Shown here piece after piece: positions 62,486-64,000 of a stretch of DNA of 64,000 bases; within the stretch, counting starts at the first letter, position 1; the number at the start of each line of letters is the position of its first letter. The position numbers were made by a program, and so were the translations under genes. Source of the DNA: Heterodontus francisci. Its lineage: Eukaryota. The stretch lies in contig NC_090379.1 in the NCBI RefSeq assembly GCF_036365525.1, positions 85,354,109 to 85,418,108 on the forward strand. The letters run 5' to 3'. Below the pieces are notes generated by a model, which was not told the DNA's origin, searched no databases, and saw only the letters and a list, made by a program, of their open reading frames with translations.

Positions 62486-64000
62486 ATAAGAACATAAGAA
62501 CTAGGAGCAGGAGTAGGCAATTCAGCCCCTCGAGGCTGCTCCGCCATTCAAAACGAACATGGCTTATCTCATCTTGGCCTCAACTCCACTTTCCTGCATG
62601 TTCTCCATAACCCTTCAACCTATTTCTAATTAAAAATCTGTCTATCTCCTCCTTAAATTTACCCAATGTCCCGGCATCCACTGCACTCTGGGGTAGTGAA
62701 TTCCACAGACTCACAACCCTTTGAGAAAAGTAATTTCTTCTAATCTCTGTTTTAAATCTGCTACCCCTTATCCTAAAGCTATGACCTAGATTGCCCCACA
62801 AGAGGAAACATCCTCTCTACGTCTACGTTATCAATCCCCTTAATCATCTATATACCTCAATTAGATCTCCTCTCATTCTTCTAATCTCCAGAGAGTAAAG
62901 GCCTAAACTGCTCAATCTCTCTTCATAAGACAAGTCCCCCCCCATCTCTGGAATCAATCTAGTGAACCTCTTCTGAACTGCCTCCAATGCACCTACATCC
63001 TTTCTCAAGTAAGGGGACCAAACCTGTACGCAATACTCCAGGTGTGGTCTCACTAATGCCTTGTACAGTTGCAGCAACACTTCCCTACTTTTATACTCTA
63101 TTCCTTTAGCAATAAATGCCAAAATTACATTTGACTTCCCTATCACCTGCTGTACCTGCAAACTAGTTTTCTGCGATTCATGCACGATGACACCCAGATC
63201 CCTCTATACCGAAGCACTCCGAAGTTTCTCTCCATTAATTTTTTAATGGCTTTCTATTCTTCCAACCAAAATGGATAACCTCACACTTATCCATGTTAAA
63301 ATCCATCTGCCAAATCTTGGCCCATTCACCTAACCTATCCATATCCATTTGTAAATTTCTTATTTCTTTATTGCAACTTACTGTCCCACCTATTTTAGTG
63401 TCATCTGCAAATTTGGCTATAGTACCTTCTATCCCTGCATCCAAGTCATTTATATAGATTGCAAATAGTTGGGGCCCGAGGACTGAACCCTGTGGCACCC
63501 CACTAGTTACATCTTGCCACCCAGAAAAAGACCCATTTATCCCGACTTTCTGTTTTCTGTTGGTTAGCCAATCCTCTGTCCAAGCTAATAAATTGCCCCT
63601 AACCCCATGTGAACTTACCTTGTGTATTAACCTTTTGTGCGGCACCTTATAAAATGCCTTCTGGAAGTCCAGATATACTACATCTACAGGATCCCCATTA
63701 TCCACTTCGCTTGTTACAGCTTCGAAGAACTCTAGCAAATTAGTCAAACACGATTTACCCTTCATAAAACTATGCTGACTCTGATGGATTGCGTTTTGAC
63801 TTTCTAAATGTCCTGTTATTACTTCCTTAATAATGGATTCTAACAATTTCCCAACGACAGATGTTAAGCTAACTGGTCTTTCGTTTCCTACTTTCTGCCT
63901 CCCTCCCTTTTTGAATAAGGGCATTATATTAGCTTTTTTGCAATCCACTGGAACCTTTCCCATATCCAGAGAATTTTAGAATATTATAACCAATGGATCC
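62486..64000 (-). mobile_element. CR1 LINE ORF2 (RT) 3' half; runs off window end
   Basis: ORFs 63235-63963 (YLDFQKAF, GVPQGSVLGP, FADDTK), 62844-63185 and 62580-62801; CATAAGAACATAAGAA tail. Confidence 0.93.

Overview
Vertebrate genomic DNA, most likely a cartilaginous fish (shark-type CR1 LINEs, tRNA-derived SINEs and Penelope elements). It covers the conserved AVEN-CHRM5-EMC7 neighbourhood. Host genes: probable AVEN coding exon 1 (minus, 7517-7729), the single coding exon of CHRM5 (plus, 22131-23639), a two-coding-exon secreted fibrinogen-domain gene (minus, 30468-32383) and complete five-exon EMC7 (minus, 49685-61424). Most of the rest is transposon debris and two large minisatellites. 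The standout is a 1.86-kb TG...CA-bounded Gypsy-type LTR element with a 5-bp target-site duplication (17554-19416, minus). In it, gag and protease run in one reading frame into a captured Myc-family C-terminus (Myc box IV, then bHLH-zipper after one frameshift), and its LTR-like end carries a CACGTG E-box. This resembles gag-myc transduction by a retrotransposon; this copy is decayed. Also seen: hammerhead-ribozyme motifs in Penelope repeats and a premature-looking stop that trims the CHRM5 tail. All assignments come from reading the sequence and recalled family motifs; no database searches were run.
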